A stretch of 64,000 nucleotides of DNA from Eledone cirrhosa (GCA_964016885.1 OZ024745.1:6138001-6202000); one strand, 5' to 3'; positions 35,009 to 49,058 are shown, numbered from the stretch's first letter. Program-made: numbers and translations. Notes: generated from the letters alone by a model not told the origin.

Positions 35009-35550
35009 CAATCTCTGTCTCTCTCTCTCCCTCTATATATATATATATATATACAATCTCTGTCTCTCTCTCTCTATATATATACAATCTCTGTCTCTCT
35101 CTATATATATATATACAATCTCTTTCTCTCTCTCTATATATATACAATCTCTGTCTCTCTATATATATATATACAATCTCTGTCTCTCTCTATATATATA
35201 TACAATCTCTGTCTCTCTCTCTATATATATATACAATCTCTGTCTCTCTCTCTATATATATATACAATCTCTTTCTCTCTCTATATATATATACAATCTC
35301 TCTCTCTATATATATATATATACAATCTCTGTCTCTCTCTCTATATATATATACAATCTCTGTCTCACTCTCTATATATATATACAATCTCTGTCTCTCT
35401 CTCTATATATATACAATCTCTGTCTCTCTCTCTATATATATATACAATCTCTGTCTCTCTCTTTCTCTCTATATATATACAATCTCTGTCTCTCTCTCTC
35501 TCTATATATATACAATCTCTGTCTCTCTCTCTATATATATACAATCTCTG

Positions 35551-35584
<34 letters not shown>

Positions 35585-36838
35585 CAATCTCTGTCTCTCT
35601 CTTTCTCTCTATATATATACAATCTCTGTCTCTCTCTCTCTCTATATATATACAATCTCTGTCTCTCTCTATATATATATATACAATCTCTTTCTCTCTC
35701 TATATATATATACAATCTCTGTCTCTCTATATATATATATACAATCTCTGTCTCTCTCTATATATATATACAATCTCTGTCTCTCTCTCTATATATATAT
35801 ACAATCTCTGTCTCTCTCTCTATATATATATACAATCTCTTTCTCTCTCTATATATATATACAATCTCTCTCTCTATATATATATATATACAATCTCTGT
35901 CTCTCTCTCTATATATATATACAATCTCTGTCTCTCTCTCTATATATATATACAATCTCTCTCTCTCTATATATATACAATCTCTGTCTCTCTCTCTATA
36001 TATATATACAATCTCTCTCTCTCTATATATATATACAATCTCTCTCTCTATATATATATACAATCTCTGTCTCTCTCTCTATATATATATATACAATCTC
36101 TGTCTCTCTCTCTATATATATATATACAATCTCTGTCTCTCTCTATATATATATATATATACAATCTCTGTCTCTCTCTCTATATATACAATCTCTGTCT
36201 ATCTCTCTCTCTATATATATATATATACAATCTCTCTGTCTCTCTCTATCTATATATACAATCTCTGTCTCTCTCTCTATATATATATATACAATCTCTG
36301 TCTATCTCTCTCTCTATATATATATATACACTCTCTGTCTCTCTCTATATATATATACAATCTCTGTCTCTCTCTCTCTATATATATATATACAATCTCT
36401 GTCTCTGTCTCTATATATATACAATCTCTGTCTATCTCTCTCTCTCTATATATATATATATATCTCTGTCTCTCTCTCTCTCTATATATATATACAATCT
36501 CTCTGTCTCTCTCTATCTATATATACAATCTCTGTCTATCTCTCTCTATATATATACAATCTCTGTCTATCTCTCTCTATATATATATACAATCTCTGTC
36601 TCCCTCTCTATATATATACAATCTCTGTCTCTCTCTCTCTCTCTATATATATACAATCTCTCTCTCTATATATATATATACAATCTCTGTCTCTGTCTCT
36701 CTCTATATATACAATCTCTGTCTCTCTCTATATATATATACAATCTCTGTCTCTCTCTATATATATACAATCTCTGTCTCTCTCTCTATATATATACAAT
36801 CTCTGTCTCTCTCTATATATATACAATCTCTGTCTATA
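30437..36838. repeat. Compound microsatellite array CAATCTCTG(TC)n(TA)m, right block
   Basis: Same unit as the left block, but most units carry a diagnostic G (caatctctGtctc). Confidence 0.98.
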
Positions 36839-36899
36839 TATGTGTTTGTATATATGTATTACAATCTGTGTGTGTTTGTATGTAGAGTTAGTGTGCATC

Positions 36900-36904
36900 T
36901 GTGT

Positions 36905-36975
<71 letters not shown>

Positions 36976-36976
36976 T

Positions 36977-37028
<52 letters not shown>
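36900..37028. repeat. (GT)n microsatellite
   Basis: Directly visible. Confidence 0.98.
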
Positions 37029-37030
<2 letters not shown>

Positions 37031-37133
37031 TTAGTGTTCGGCTCCCAACGATAGGCCGTGAGTTCAACTCACTGCGGTGTCTTCTCTTCTTAAGACATTA
37101 TATCTCCGTTCTTAAGACAAAATACATACTCGA

Positions 37134-37560
37134 TGTATAATTTCATGATATACTGGTATACAAACGAGCTGGACATATTGGTGACCACCAAACATAGGAC
37201 TAGATAAACCACACCGGAGGTTACGTGACTGGGAGAAAACATTACAGTTGGTTTAGACGTGTAGCGGTTGTCTCCCTTGTTTGGATTAACATCTAGACGG
37301 GAAGTAGAACCCTTTCTGTAACTTCCGGCAGAGCCCTATAAAACGAATAGCTCTCGGCTCTGTGCCTCTCATTTGGCCTTCCGGCGCCTGGCCTTAGCCA
37401 GGCGTCCTCTGCCAGCCGCGTTTGCCTGGCAATCAAAACGGTAACGACTAACTTTGTTTCATTCTATCATCTATTTCTTTGACATGCTAACTATACTATC
37501 TACCATTGTTAATTAAATATTATACACACAAACCATGCCTCGTTTTGTTACATTCATACA
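37134..37560 (+). mobile_element. Possible solo LTR
   Basis: Bounded by TGTAT...ATACA, with TATA-like CTATAAAA at ~37336, a GC-rich hairpin region and ATTAAA at ~37512. No target-site duplication found. Confidence 0.4.
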
Positions 37561-38016
37561 ACCCAGTACTCTCGCTATAAACGTTTCATAAATTATTTAA
37601 AATATAGTGTAATTAGATTGGTCCAAAAACAAAACAAAAGTTTACCGTTATTCAGTCTATATGTTGCTTATAATCAATTAACATAGGTATTAAATAAAAA
37701 ATATATATTATGCTAGCGTGGAAGATAGACGTGAAACGATGATGATGATGATGATGATATATCAAAGGAAAAAAATGAAAAAATATTCTAGGAAACAGAA
37801 GTATATTATGAAAATATAATAATAAAGGGGGAAAGAACTTGGATTACAGAATTTGTAGGTAAGTTATCGTTATATATAATTTGATTTTGAAATTATTGAG
37901 GGGAATAATTAATAGGGTTTTTAAAATATATATAGTTGAGTAGGTTATAATGTTATGTGATAAATTATTTATTTTAAAAGAAGGGAGATAATTATCTATG
38001 TCAAATTTATCAATTC

Positions 38017-38112
38017 AATAATTGTTTCTACTTTTGGTACAAGGCCAGCAATTACCCAGTGCATTACTGGTACTTTATTTTATCGACCCCGTAAGGATGA
38101 AAGGCAAAGTTA
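38017..38112 (-). mobile_element. SINE 3' half
   Basis: Reverse complement of ~30342-30435. Confidence 0.85.
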
Positions 38113-39243
38113 CTCATTTAACTAGTTAAAATATGTATAGGAGAGACTATTAAAACTTTGTGTAACTATTTAGAGAGGAAAGATGTATGCTTTCTAGCCA
38201 AATTTATCAATTTATATTAAATTTAATTCATTTAGATACAACCTAAAGTTAAAGTAGAGGAAAAATTGTAATGGAGGAAGATTATAACAGAAAAAATAAC
38301 GGAGGAAAAATTAACTTATTTTGTCGTATAGTCTAGATTTAAAAAAAAATATTTTAATATAAAGGAGTAATGCCAATCTTATTATTTTTTTATAATAATC
38401 TATAAAGCTCAGTGTATGGTCATGTTTCTTTGTTATAGAAATCTACGATATAGAATTTGTTCAATTGAAATTTACAATTCAGTATTCGAAATAGCTTCGA
38501 TTGGATCTTGGCACATATAATTTTTTCAATTTCACCCACAATTACGCAAAAAATCGATAAAACTCAATATTTTACGATTTTCCTCTCTCATTTCAACTGC
38601 TAAACTCTTTCTATTACCATTCAAAATCTATACAACTTCATACTTTCTGCTACTTTCTCTTTTCAAGCTGAAACAACTATTCTTTTCATTTTACATTGTT
38701 CATGTTGATGGTGATACTGTCCGTTTTACTCTCTCACTCATACACTTTACAGCCTAAACAACAAAAACATTAGCCACATTAACGTACAATTTCGTTTATT
38801 CTAAATGTGAGTCTTCAAACTGATTTATTTATTTGCAAACACATACAAACACACACTCACATCAAATGAATAATTAAACTTTAAATCAATTTAACCACGT
38901 GCCGGATTTCTAACCACACATACACACTTCATTAACAAATAAAAATTCTAATTTGCGACAATTATTTTCTTTCAATCGTAAAATCAAACGACATAATTAT
39001 TTTCATTTTCGGTTGTTAATCTTCATGGCGATAATACTACCCTTCCATTTCACATCATGTGAGTTAACAAATAATTTTTTAAAACACTATTCGCAGACTT
39101 CCTTAAACAACAAGATCAATTGCGTAGCCGGTATTCATTATGTAGCCGGTAAAGCTATGTAGCAGGTAAAAGGCTATGTAGTCAGTACGATGTTATATAG
39201 CATAAAAAGTTTATATAACCGGTAAATGTTATGTCGCCGTTAG

Positions 39244-39276
<33 letters not shown>

Positions 39277-39615
39277 TACCGTCAATACACACGTGTGTGT
39301 GTTCGTGTTTCAATGTAGTTTTCGTTAACAATGACGAGAGTACAATCGCGCCAGAAACAATTCAATTTCTCATTCTTAACTGCTAGGGACGTTCACAGGT
39401 TCATTAAGTACTTTCAGTAAGGAATAAACAAAATTACGGATTGAACCAAAAACCACGACATAAACAGGTACCAACAAAAGTTTTCTTTGTCCTGTCAAAA
39501 AGTGATTGATCCTTTCCCTTTCATCTACGACCTCAGTTAGGTCAGGCGAAAGTCAAATAGACAGGGGATCACCTATGTAGGTACAAACCCTGCTGCGGTA
39601 TGTCTATTTTTCTAG

Positions 39616-39657
<42 letters not shown>

Positions 39658-39690
39658 TTAATTTGATTATATATATATATATATATATAT

Positions 39691-39849
39691 ATAGGAACCA
39701 GTAAGACCCCGACAGCTGAGCTCAAGCCGTTTCGACGGCTAAACTCAGCTGTCGGGGTCTTACTGGTTCCTATTACCCACTCTACTACCTCAAGTATTGA
39801 GTACTTTGGTGCGTTATGGTCCACCTGGTTCCTTACCACATTTCCTTCG

Positions 39850-39851
<2 letters not shown>
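39691..39851 (+). mobile_element. Small inverted-repeat plus tail insertion in (TA)n (PLE-terminus-like)
   Basis: Perfect 30-bp arms 39691-39720 / 39744-39773 around agccgt-ttcg-acggct. The following ~65 bp closely match 47518-47580. Confidence 0.65.
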
Positions 39852-39896
<45 letters not shown>

Positions 39897-39961
39897 GTGT
39901 ATAACATGAATTCATTTAACACAACTGAAACTGGATTTTAGTCTTCAAATTTTAATATTAT

Positions 39962-40024
<63 letters not shown>

Positions 40025-40139
40025 ATTTGTATACAGATATTTTTGCATACACAGTAACAACATATAAACAAACGCATTTATTTGACGAGGCTCGATAAGG
40101 ATAAATATATATCAAATATATAAGAACCCTAGAGCAAAT

Positions 40140-40167
40140 CCCGAGCAACGCCGGGCCATTCTGCTAG
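40140..40167 (+). mobile_element. Helitron 3' terminus remnant
   Basis: CCCGAGCAACGCCGGG hairpin, 8 nt, then CTAG|T; same motif as the end at 56964-56991. Confidence 0.7.
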
Positions 40168-40986
40168 TATATATATAAAGCTTAATTAAAAACTCTAAAC
40201 GTATTCGAGAATAGGTGGAGGCAAGAATTAAAACTACATATAAAGGAATATTCCCTATTATGTTATCTATTTTAAAATTTAACTAAAAACTCTATGAAAT
40301 GTTTTAGAGAATAGGTGGAGGCACGAGTTAAAGATCTCAGATTTTTTATTAATAATTATTTTCCTATTCTAAAGAATATAAAGAATTTCAGTGGTATATA
40401 AGTTACAACTCTTAGAAATGAAAGCATTAGAAAGTTTTTGCCAAGAAAGAGAATATTCTATATTATTATTTTTAAGAGACTAAATTGATTCAGATAAAGC
40501 AGCACTAAATATCTTATCTTCTCTCTTGAACGTGTGGTGTAATTATACCACCTTTCTTTAAATTTAGAGGGAATGACTCCAATATAATTATAAGACTTAT
40601 CTTTTGTTTTCACAATGCATTTGTAAACTAAATTACGGTCAAGACAGTTATTACTTAAAGGGCAAGAATGACTATTTTTACAATTGGAATTACCTCCGCT
40701 GTTATTTAATGATGCCGCTCTGTTTTCAGAGTTCGTAAAGTTTTCAGCATTTATGTTATTGGTTTAATTGTTGTTAACTGAGGAGTTATTTATTCTAAAT
40801 AAACATTAGATAACTGACTGGTTGCACGTGGAGAGAGAAGGAAAATGCGCGCGACATGCAGTACTTAGTGGCCTGGTACCCCCTGTAATTGAAAACACCC
40901 TTTCGTGTTTTCTCCTCTCTATATTGTATACATACATACATACACACATACACACACACAAACAAACAAACACACACACACACACA

Positions 40987-41096
<110 letters not shown>

Positions 41097-41149
41097 CATA
41101 TATATATATATATACATATTTATATATGTATATATATATATTTGTTGTT

Positions 41150-41452
41150 GGATGTTTAAAGCGTCCGTATGCGGTAAGCCGTATGAGCACTCAATGCCCT
41201 CGTAGAGCAGAGTATGATATCACAGAAAAAAAAGAATCAGTGTTGCGACGAAAAGAATTTATTGGACATATTACAATTGTTTCTCGGGTGACCAGTTCGA
41301 GGCACGATCGATATGGTGATCAAACCTGACTCTGAAATCACTCGATCGTCGGATACCATACCGATCGTGCCTCGAGTTGGTCACCCGAGAAACAATTGTA
41401 ATATGTCCAATAAATTCCTTTCGTCGCAACACTGATTCTTTTTTCTGTGATA
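41150..41452. mobile_element. ~100-bp inverted-repeat insertion in (TA)n with degenerate HHR half
   Basis: Arms 41217-41317 / 41355-41452 contain GAAACAATTGTA (HHR 3' core with palindromic stem III), but the 5' core is degenerate (CCGATCG). Confidence 0.65.
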
Positions 41453-41535
41453 TATATATATATATATATATATAGACATGGTCGCATTCTTTTAAGGTTA
41501 TGTCAACATTTGTTTATAAAACTGATCTATATTAT

Positions 41536-41598
41536 TTTTTATCTGATGAAAGCGCAGCATAATTTGCTTTGGTGTCCTTGAAATATGTATAATTAAAT
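41536..41598 (+). ncRNA. Degenerate hammerhead-like motif
   Basis: ttttat-CTGATGA-aag...ctt-GAAA-tatgta-TA-attaaa; AT-only stems with mismatches. Confidence 0.45.
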
Positions 41599-42029
41599 AA
41601 ATATGGTTTTATAAATATAGTTTATATATATATATATATGTATATAAACATATAAATAATAAAAAGAAATTATCGCTCTACATGGGTGAACACAATAAAT
41701 ATAATCTGAGTTTTTCGAATATTAATAATAATATTCGATTCGTTTGCAATTATGCAAACAAACCTCTTTTTTAAAGCCATGTCAGTAGAATGAGCCTCTC
41801 ATTCTTGCTCTTGTGTTGGTATGTAAACAGAACTGCAGACACTAATGTTTATTACACAGATATATATATGTGTGTGTGTGTTCAACTCACAAGGGACAAA
41901 ATCCACCAGGGTGAAGAAAATACTGACTGAAATGGAACCCAATCAAAATGTGTTCGTCTCTCCTTACTATATATGTGTGTGTGTGTATGTGTGTGTGTGT
42001 CTTTCACAGTCACCGCTGGTGGAAAACAT

Positions 42030-42241
42030 TCGGCCGCCTCTCTATTTTTGCCGAACTCTTCCAGGTGTCGCTCGCATAAATCACTGTCTGCAGCACGATG
42101 TACCTGGCGACGAACATTCCGGAAGGACCTGATGGCAGCCAACATCACCTGGCATTGTCTCGAAAAAGATGCCGCTGATCGTCACCGTTGGCGAGTACTT
42201 ACTGCTCGATACCCCGAACGGCGCGGAAGAATCTAAGACTA
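42030..42241 (+). mobile_element. RTE-clade LINE 3' fragment
   Basis: TWRRTFRKDL..ANITW...EKDAADRHRWRVL...RGRI* resembles the C-terminus of RTE ORFs. Confidence 0.6.
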
Positions 42242-42288
42242 ACATATATGTCTGTGTATATGTACATATTTGTATATAAATATATATA

Positions 42289-42356
<68 letters not shown>

Positions 42357-42531
42357 TAGATAGGTAAATATACACGGGTGTGTATGATTGCGTATAGAAG
42401 ATTATATTAATAAGAGGAATTCCAACTTTGTCTGATTTACTCGTTTTATTTACAATCCTTTAAAATATATATAATATAATATGGTATTATAATGAAATAG
42501 TATGATAGAATATTAAATTCTAAGTGTTAAT

Positions 42532-42570
42532 TGAACAAGTACTTTCATGCTTTCGCAATCTTCAGGTTCA
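42532..42570 (-). ncRNA. Minimal type I HHR in PLE 3' region
   Basis: Reverse complement of 46509-46547. Confidence 0.85.
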
Positions 42571-42947
42571 TGATATGTGGTGACAGTCGAGTTTGCAATT
42601 TTCAACTGTAATGAGATGGGTAAATTTACTACCTTTTATACATTTTATACAGAGAAAAGTGGCTCCAGAATGCAAAGCCCTGTAAACTGTATTTCGACCA
42701 ATCAGTGTGTAGTTTCACTGAATTACTACAGCTGATTGGTTTAAGCGTCACGGCTGGTTGAGCATGCTAACGACCAATAGTCATACCCAACGTATCAATT
42801 GTTTTGCTTTTTGAAATGATGAAAATAGCATTTTCTATTAATCATCACCATCAACATCACTTTTATTATTATTATTATTGTTGTTGTTGTTGTTGTTGTT
42901 AGTGGTCGTGGTCATAGTGGTAGTAGAAGTAATACCCCTAGGCGTTA

Positions 42948-45134
42948 TTATTGTTCATTTAGCTTGGGTTTGAATTTATCAATAAAATTCTTTTCTTTGA
43001 TTTTTCTCTTGATTTCACTTGGGCTGTGTAATTTGTAGAATGGGAATATTATAAATATTCCCTGACCACATGTTGCCAGGTGGCCGCTTAGGGGTATCTG
43101 ACGGACATTTGGGTCTCTGATTTGTTGACGGTGTACCCGTGTACGTTCCGATAGTGCATTTCCAGTTTGACCGACATATAGTTCTTCACAATTCGGGCAT
43201 TTAATGCAGTAAATTAGATTTCTGCTTTTGCAGTTCATATTTGCATTTGGGAATATTTTTCCAGTTTTTGTTTTCATATATTGACCGGCGTGTATGGATT
43301 GACATGTGCCGCATCGATTATCATTGCATTTAGATACAGTGAATGATTGGTCTTTGTTGTTAAGGTCAAACTTTGCTTTTGTTAGCAATTGCTTCAAATT
43401 TGTTGGCTCTCTTTTACTAAGAGTCAAAGATCGATCTGTGATTAAGCCTTTTAATTCATTACTTTGCGCAATGATCGGTAGGTTTGCTTTGGCAGTGTTG
43501 AATATATTCTGGTGACATGGGTTGTGTGTCATTATAAATGGTATGACCAGTTCTTGGTTTCTTCTTCCTTGGGTTGTTCTAAGTTGTTGTATAGGTATTT
43601 TTATAGCCCGCTGTATGCCATTTTCTATAAGTAGAGATGGGTATTTTTGTTTGAGCAAAAATTCTCTTAGTTCTGTTAGGCGTTTGTACCTGGTATTCGT
43701 ATCTTCTACAATGGTACAAATTCTTCTGGCTAGGCAGTATGGGATGTTGCGTTTTGTATGAGGTGGATGGCACGACTTAAAATTCAGATATTGATGGGTG
43801 TCTGTGTGTTTATAATATATATCCGTGGTAATGGTGGTGTCGTTTTTGATTATCATTATATCTAGGAATGGTAATTTGGTCCTACTCATCTCTTTTGTGA
43901 TTTGGAGAGATGGGTCTAGGTTATTCAGGAGGATATTGAACTCATCCAGAGTATCTAGAGATTCTGTCCAGATGATGAAACAGTCGTCAAGGTATCTCTT
44001 CCAAGATTTTTCAATGTACTTTCTAAAGTCAGTACTATATTTTTCCTCTATTTCTTGGTAGAGTTGTTGTTCTAAGTATCCCATTACAGAGTTCGCGTAA
44101 ACGGGAGCAAACTTCGTTCCCATCGCTGTGCCTCTAATTTGGATGTAATTCTTTCCATTGAAGAAGAAAGTGTTGTTTTCCAGAATAAGTTTAACTACGT
44201 CTAATATAAATGGCGCTGTGAATCTAATGGGAATCACTTCTCTGTGTTTTTCCACCCAGTATTTAACCGCCTTTATTCCTAAATCATGTGTAATGTTGGT
44301 GTAAAGGCTTACCACATCAAAACTGAGTAGAAGTGAATTCGTTTCCGTGGTTTTGGGAAGATGGGACAGGAAGTCGATATCATCCCGGATGAAACTGGGT
44401 ATGTGAATACATAGTGGTTTCAAAATAATGTCAACAAAATTGCTTAGACGGTGAGTGGGGCATGTTGGACCAGCTATAATAGGTCTAAGTTTTAAGTCTT
44501 TTGGGTGTAATAATTTAATGTACTCACTGTTTTGTTCTCTTACTGCCAGTTGTATTTCTTTTGACTTGTGAACTTTCGGTAGGCCATACAGGTTGCTGGG
44601 TTTCGGCTCAAAATTGGTGATGTAGTCTCTTTCCTTATCAGTAAATGAGTTGTGGTATTTTGAAGCCAGGTTGTTGATCTTCTTCATGATGTTGTGGTCT
44701 ATATTTGACGGTATTTCATGATAGAATGTTGTGTCTTTCAGTTGTTCCTCAACCAAATCCTTGTAGTATTCAGCATCCATTATAACAACTGCACCCCCTT
44801 TATCTGCTTGTTTAATTATTATTGTTTTATCATTTTGTATACGTTTAAGTGCAGACATTTCTGATTTGTTAATGTTTGGCCTAACATTAGTATTATGTCT
44901 AAGAGGAAATTTAGACAGGATGTCAATGTATTGGTCGAGATAGATATTTCTTCCTTTTGGCGGAGTGAAATTTGATTTATTCTTTACTAGTGATTCATCA
45001 CTCTCATTGTTTTTATCAGCGAAGAATTCTACAAGACGTAATTTTCGACAGAATTCTTGGGTATCCTCCTTCAGTTCTTGGTGGTTGACTGTTGGAGTCG
45101 GTGTGAATTTCAGTCCTTTTGACAGAATTTGCAT
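42948..45134 (-). CDS. PLE reverse transcriptase + GIY-YIG endonuclease, 728 aa (frame open upstream to 45275)
   Basis: LSKGLKFTPTP, ADKGGAVVI, LYGLPKVHK, LRPII, FDVVSLYTNI, GTAMGTKFAP, RYLDD, LPFLD, YYKHTD, SCHP, Cys linker CNDNRCGTC, NLIYCIKC..C..LYVGQTG, two His, terminal LN. Confidence 0.95.
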   Translation of the reverse strand: MQILSKGLKFTPTPTVNHQELKEDTQEFCRKLRLVEFFADKNNESDESLVKNKSNFTPPKGRNIYLDQYIDILSKFPLRHNTNVRPNINKSEMSALKRIQNDKTIIIKQADKGGAVVIMDAEYYKDLVEEQLKDTTFYHEIPSNIDHNIMKKINNLASKYHNSFTDKERDYITNFEPKPSNLYGLPKVHKSKEIQLAVREQNSEYIKLLHPKDLKLRPIIAGPTCPTHRLSNFVDIILKPLCIHIPSFIRDDIDFLSHLPKTTETNSLLLSFDVVSLYTNITHDLGIKAVKYWVEKHREVIPIRFTAPFILDVVKLILENNTFFFNGKNYIQIRGTAMGTKFAPVYANSVMGYLEQQLYQEIEEKYSTDFRKYIEKSWKRYLDDCFIIWTESLDTLDEFNILLNNLDPSLQITKEMSRTKLPFLDIMIIKNDTTITTDIYYKHTDTHQYLNFKSCHPPHTKRNIPYCLARRICTIVEDTNTRYKRLTELREFLLKQKYPSLLIENGIQRAIKIPIQQLRTTQGRRNQELVIPFIMTHNPCHQNIFNTAKANLPIIAQSNELKGLITDRSLTLSKREPTNLKQLLTKAKFDLNNKDQSFTVSKCNDNRCGTCQSIHAGQYMKTKTGKIFPNANMNCKSRNLIYCIKCPNCEELYVGQTGNALSERTRVHRQQIRDPNVRQIPLSGHLATCGQGIFIIFPFYKLHSPSEIKRKIKEKNFIDKFKPKLNEQ

Positions 45135-45681
45135 TTCATCATTGTCAAGATCTCTTTTAGATAAATTAATTATTTTAGGATCTACGTGTACAGCTGTTTT
45201 GGGTATGTTTCCTCCTGGAGTTTTTCTTTTTCCGGTTTTTGTTGTCCTGACGTTAAAAAATGAATTTTTCTCTGTTCAGGATTTATATTCCTGTTGGTGT
45301 TCGCTTGATGAACTTTTGGTCGTGATATTATATTTGGTTTCGTTATGTATTTTGTCCTATTTTTGGTATTCTGTATATTATTTTTCTTCCTGTTAGCATT
45401 ATTTTTAACAATCTGGGAAAATGACCTAGGTTTCTTTCAGGTTTAGATCGTTTTTTCGTCCAGTTTCTTGTGGGCAATCTCTGTTGAGATCTTGAGAGTG
45501 ATCTGGTTATTCTACGTTTTGTTTCCACATTCCTTGTTGGTAGTCTCTGTTGAGATCTTGAGAATGATCTCCTGGTTTCACTACATCTCATGGTCTGGTC
45601 AAAGGAATACCTATCGTGTTTGTGCTTTTTGTTCATGTTGTGTGCGATAGGGTGTTTTTGTAGAAAAGACAGCCAAAAAAT

Positions 45682-46131
45682 TTGAAGCAATTGCTAACAA
45701 AAGCAAAGTTTGACCTTAACAACAAAGACCAATCATTCACTGTATCTAAATGCAATGATAATCGATGCGGCACATGTCAATCCATACACGCCGGTCAATA
45801 TATGAAAACAAAAACTGGAAAAATATTCCCAAATGCAAATATGAACTGCAAAAGCAGAAATCTAATTTACTGCATTAAATGCCCGAATTGTGAAGAACTA
45901 TATGTCGGTCAAACTGGAAATGCACTATCGGAACGTGCACGGGTACACCGTCAACAAATCAGAGACCCAAATGTCCGTCAGATACCCCTAAGCGGCCACC
46001 TGGCAACATGTGGTCAGGGAATATTTATAATATTCCCATTCTACAAATTACACAGCCCAAGTGAAATCAAGAGAAAAATCAAAGAAAAGAATTTTATTGA
46101 TAAATTCAAACCCAAGCTAAATGAACAATAA
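45682..46131 (+). pseudogene. Inverted duplicate of the PLE endonuclease domain
   Basis: Matches the C-terminal ~149 aa of the main ORF except ERTRV vs ERARV; no genuine start codon. Confidence 0.9.
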
Positions 46132-46508
46132 TAACGCCTAGGGGTATTACTTCTACTACCACTATGACCACGACCACTAACAACAACAACAACAACAACA
46201 ATAATAATAATAATAAAAGTGATGTTGATGGTGATGATTAATAGAAAATGCTATTTTCATCATTTCAAAAAGCAAAACAATTGATACGTTGGGTATGACT
46301 ATTGGTCGTTAGCATGCTCAACCAGCCGTGACGCTTAAACCAATCAGCTGTAGTAATTCAGTGAAACTACACACTGATTGGTCGAAATACAGTTTACAGG
46401 GCTTTGCATTCTGGAGTCACTTTTCTCTGTATAAAATGTATAAAAGGTAGTAAATTTACCCATCTCATTACAGTTGAAAATTGCAAACTCGACTGTCACC
46501 ACATATCA

Positions 46509-46547
46509 TGAACCTGAAGATTGCGAAAGCATGAAAGTACTTGTTCA
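46509..46547 (+). ncRNA. Minimal type I HHR in PLE inverted arm
   Basis: tgaac-CTGAAGA-t tgc gaaa gca t-GAAA-gtac-TT-gttca: 5-bp stem I, GNRA-capped stem II, palindromic stem III AGTACT. Confidence 0.85.
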
Positions 46548-46668
46548 ATTAACACTTAGAATTTAATATTCTATCATACTATTTCATTATAATACCATAT
46601 TATATTATATATATTTTAAAGGATTGTAAATAAAACGAGTAAATCAGACAAAGTTGGAATTCCTCTTA

Positions 46669-47512
<844 letters not shown>

Positions 47513-48249
47513 GGGTTCCACTCTACTACCCTAAGTGCGAGTACTCTGGTGCGTTATGGTCCACCTGGTATCTTACCACACCCTTATTGAGTGCTTTGCT
47601 ACTCATTCCTTATTGTAAGTCGACTTTGCTTGGCCACAGCCAAAGCTTCGATTTTACTAAGCTTCCACTTGTATTATTTTTTCCTGGACTTAATAATTAA
47701 TTAATTAATTTAATTACACAATTCTGTTGATTCTTTAATTATTTGTGTTTGTTTAATAACGTCTGGTTGAGAGCTTTTATTCGGAATGTTGAGCGGAAAT
47801 ATTTTTTCCTTTGTTAACACTTTGAATTTACCCGCCAAAAACTGGGGGCTGCTTCCCTTGTTGGAAATAACTCGTGACAACGATATGTTTGAAGGCTGTC
47901 TATTGTGGCGGTCGCATTTAGTTTGTTCACACCAGTTTGAGGCAATAGAACGGAATGCCTGTTGATGAAATGAATCCCCTGTTCGATCATGGAATACCAC
48001 AAGCTTACGTGTTACGTAAGTTGGATAGATGATTTCGGATTCATAGAAACATATCGGACGTATAGTAGAATATCGTCCGATATGTCCAGGTCTGTTTTTA
48101 ACCTGATTAGTTCTTTCGTTGTTTTGGTATTGTATGGTTGGGTTTTGCCTAGCGCAATTTTCAATTTGTCAAGCTATTTAAACGTATGTTATTACTCTAA
48201 AGAGATAGAGAAAGTGAGAGAAAGGAAGTGAGAAAGAGATATAGCGGGA

Positions 48250-48390
48250 GAACCGACCCCAGTACTTCACTGGTACAAAATGATGAAAAGCAAAGTTGAC
48301 CTCGGCGGGGTTTGAACTGAGAGGGGAGAGAGTAAAAAGAAATATCACAAGACATTCAATTTGAATTTCTAACAACTCTGCCACCGCCTA
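48250..48390 (-). mobile_element. SINE, diverged copy
   Basis: Minus strand reads GGCAGAGTTGTTAGA...GTTCAAACCCCGCCGAGGTCAACTTTGCTTTTCATC...GTACCAGT. Confidence 0.75.
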
Positions 48391-48476
48391 TGTATGTACA
48401 TATGTGTGAATATATTGCATGTACAATATATATACATGTATGGATACAAATATATATATAGATAGATATGTGTGCG

Positions 48477-48527
<51 letters not shown>

Positions 48528-48731
48528 TGTATAAATATATATCGATTACTTGTTCTCTCATTTATGTTGCATCTCTTACGTTCACTACATGAGGATATAT
48601 GTTAATTCATAAGTATGAATAGATAAAGCAGTTCCGTATTTTTATGTAATGTTTTGTTCCTGTTTGAACAACAAAAGAGGGCAACAAGTGTTGAAAATGT
48701 ACTCCGAAAAAGGGTTCAATGAAGAATTCAG

Positions 48732-48822
<91 letters not shown>

Positions 48823-48826
48823 GTAT

Positions 48827-48900
<74 letters not shown>

Positions 48901-49005
48901 ATATATATATATATATATATATACGTTATTCCGGGTTGAATCGGAGGTAACCACAGTAAATAAGGTACTCAATACGTAGCAGAGTATAACAGTTTTAATA
49001 TAGAT

Positions 49006-49058
49006 GAGATTCTACAGGACTAGAACTGTTTCATTCATTAGAAATCATCAGGAATCTC
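49006..49058 (-). ncRNA. Type I HHR, intact
   Basis: gagattc-CTGATGA-t ttc taat gaa t-GAAA-cag ttctagtc ctg-TA-gaatctc. Confidence 0.9.

Noticed and set aside
40775-40885. CTGAGGA followed by a gttat/ataac stem
   Set aside because: No GAAA or stem I partner downstream.
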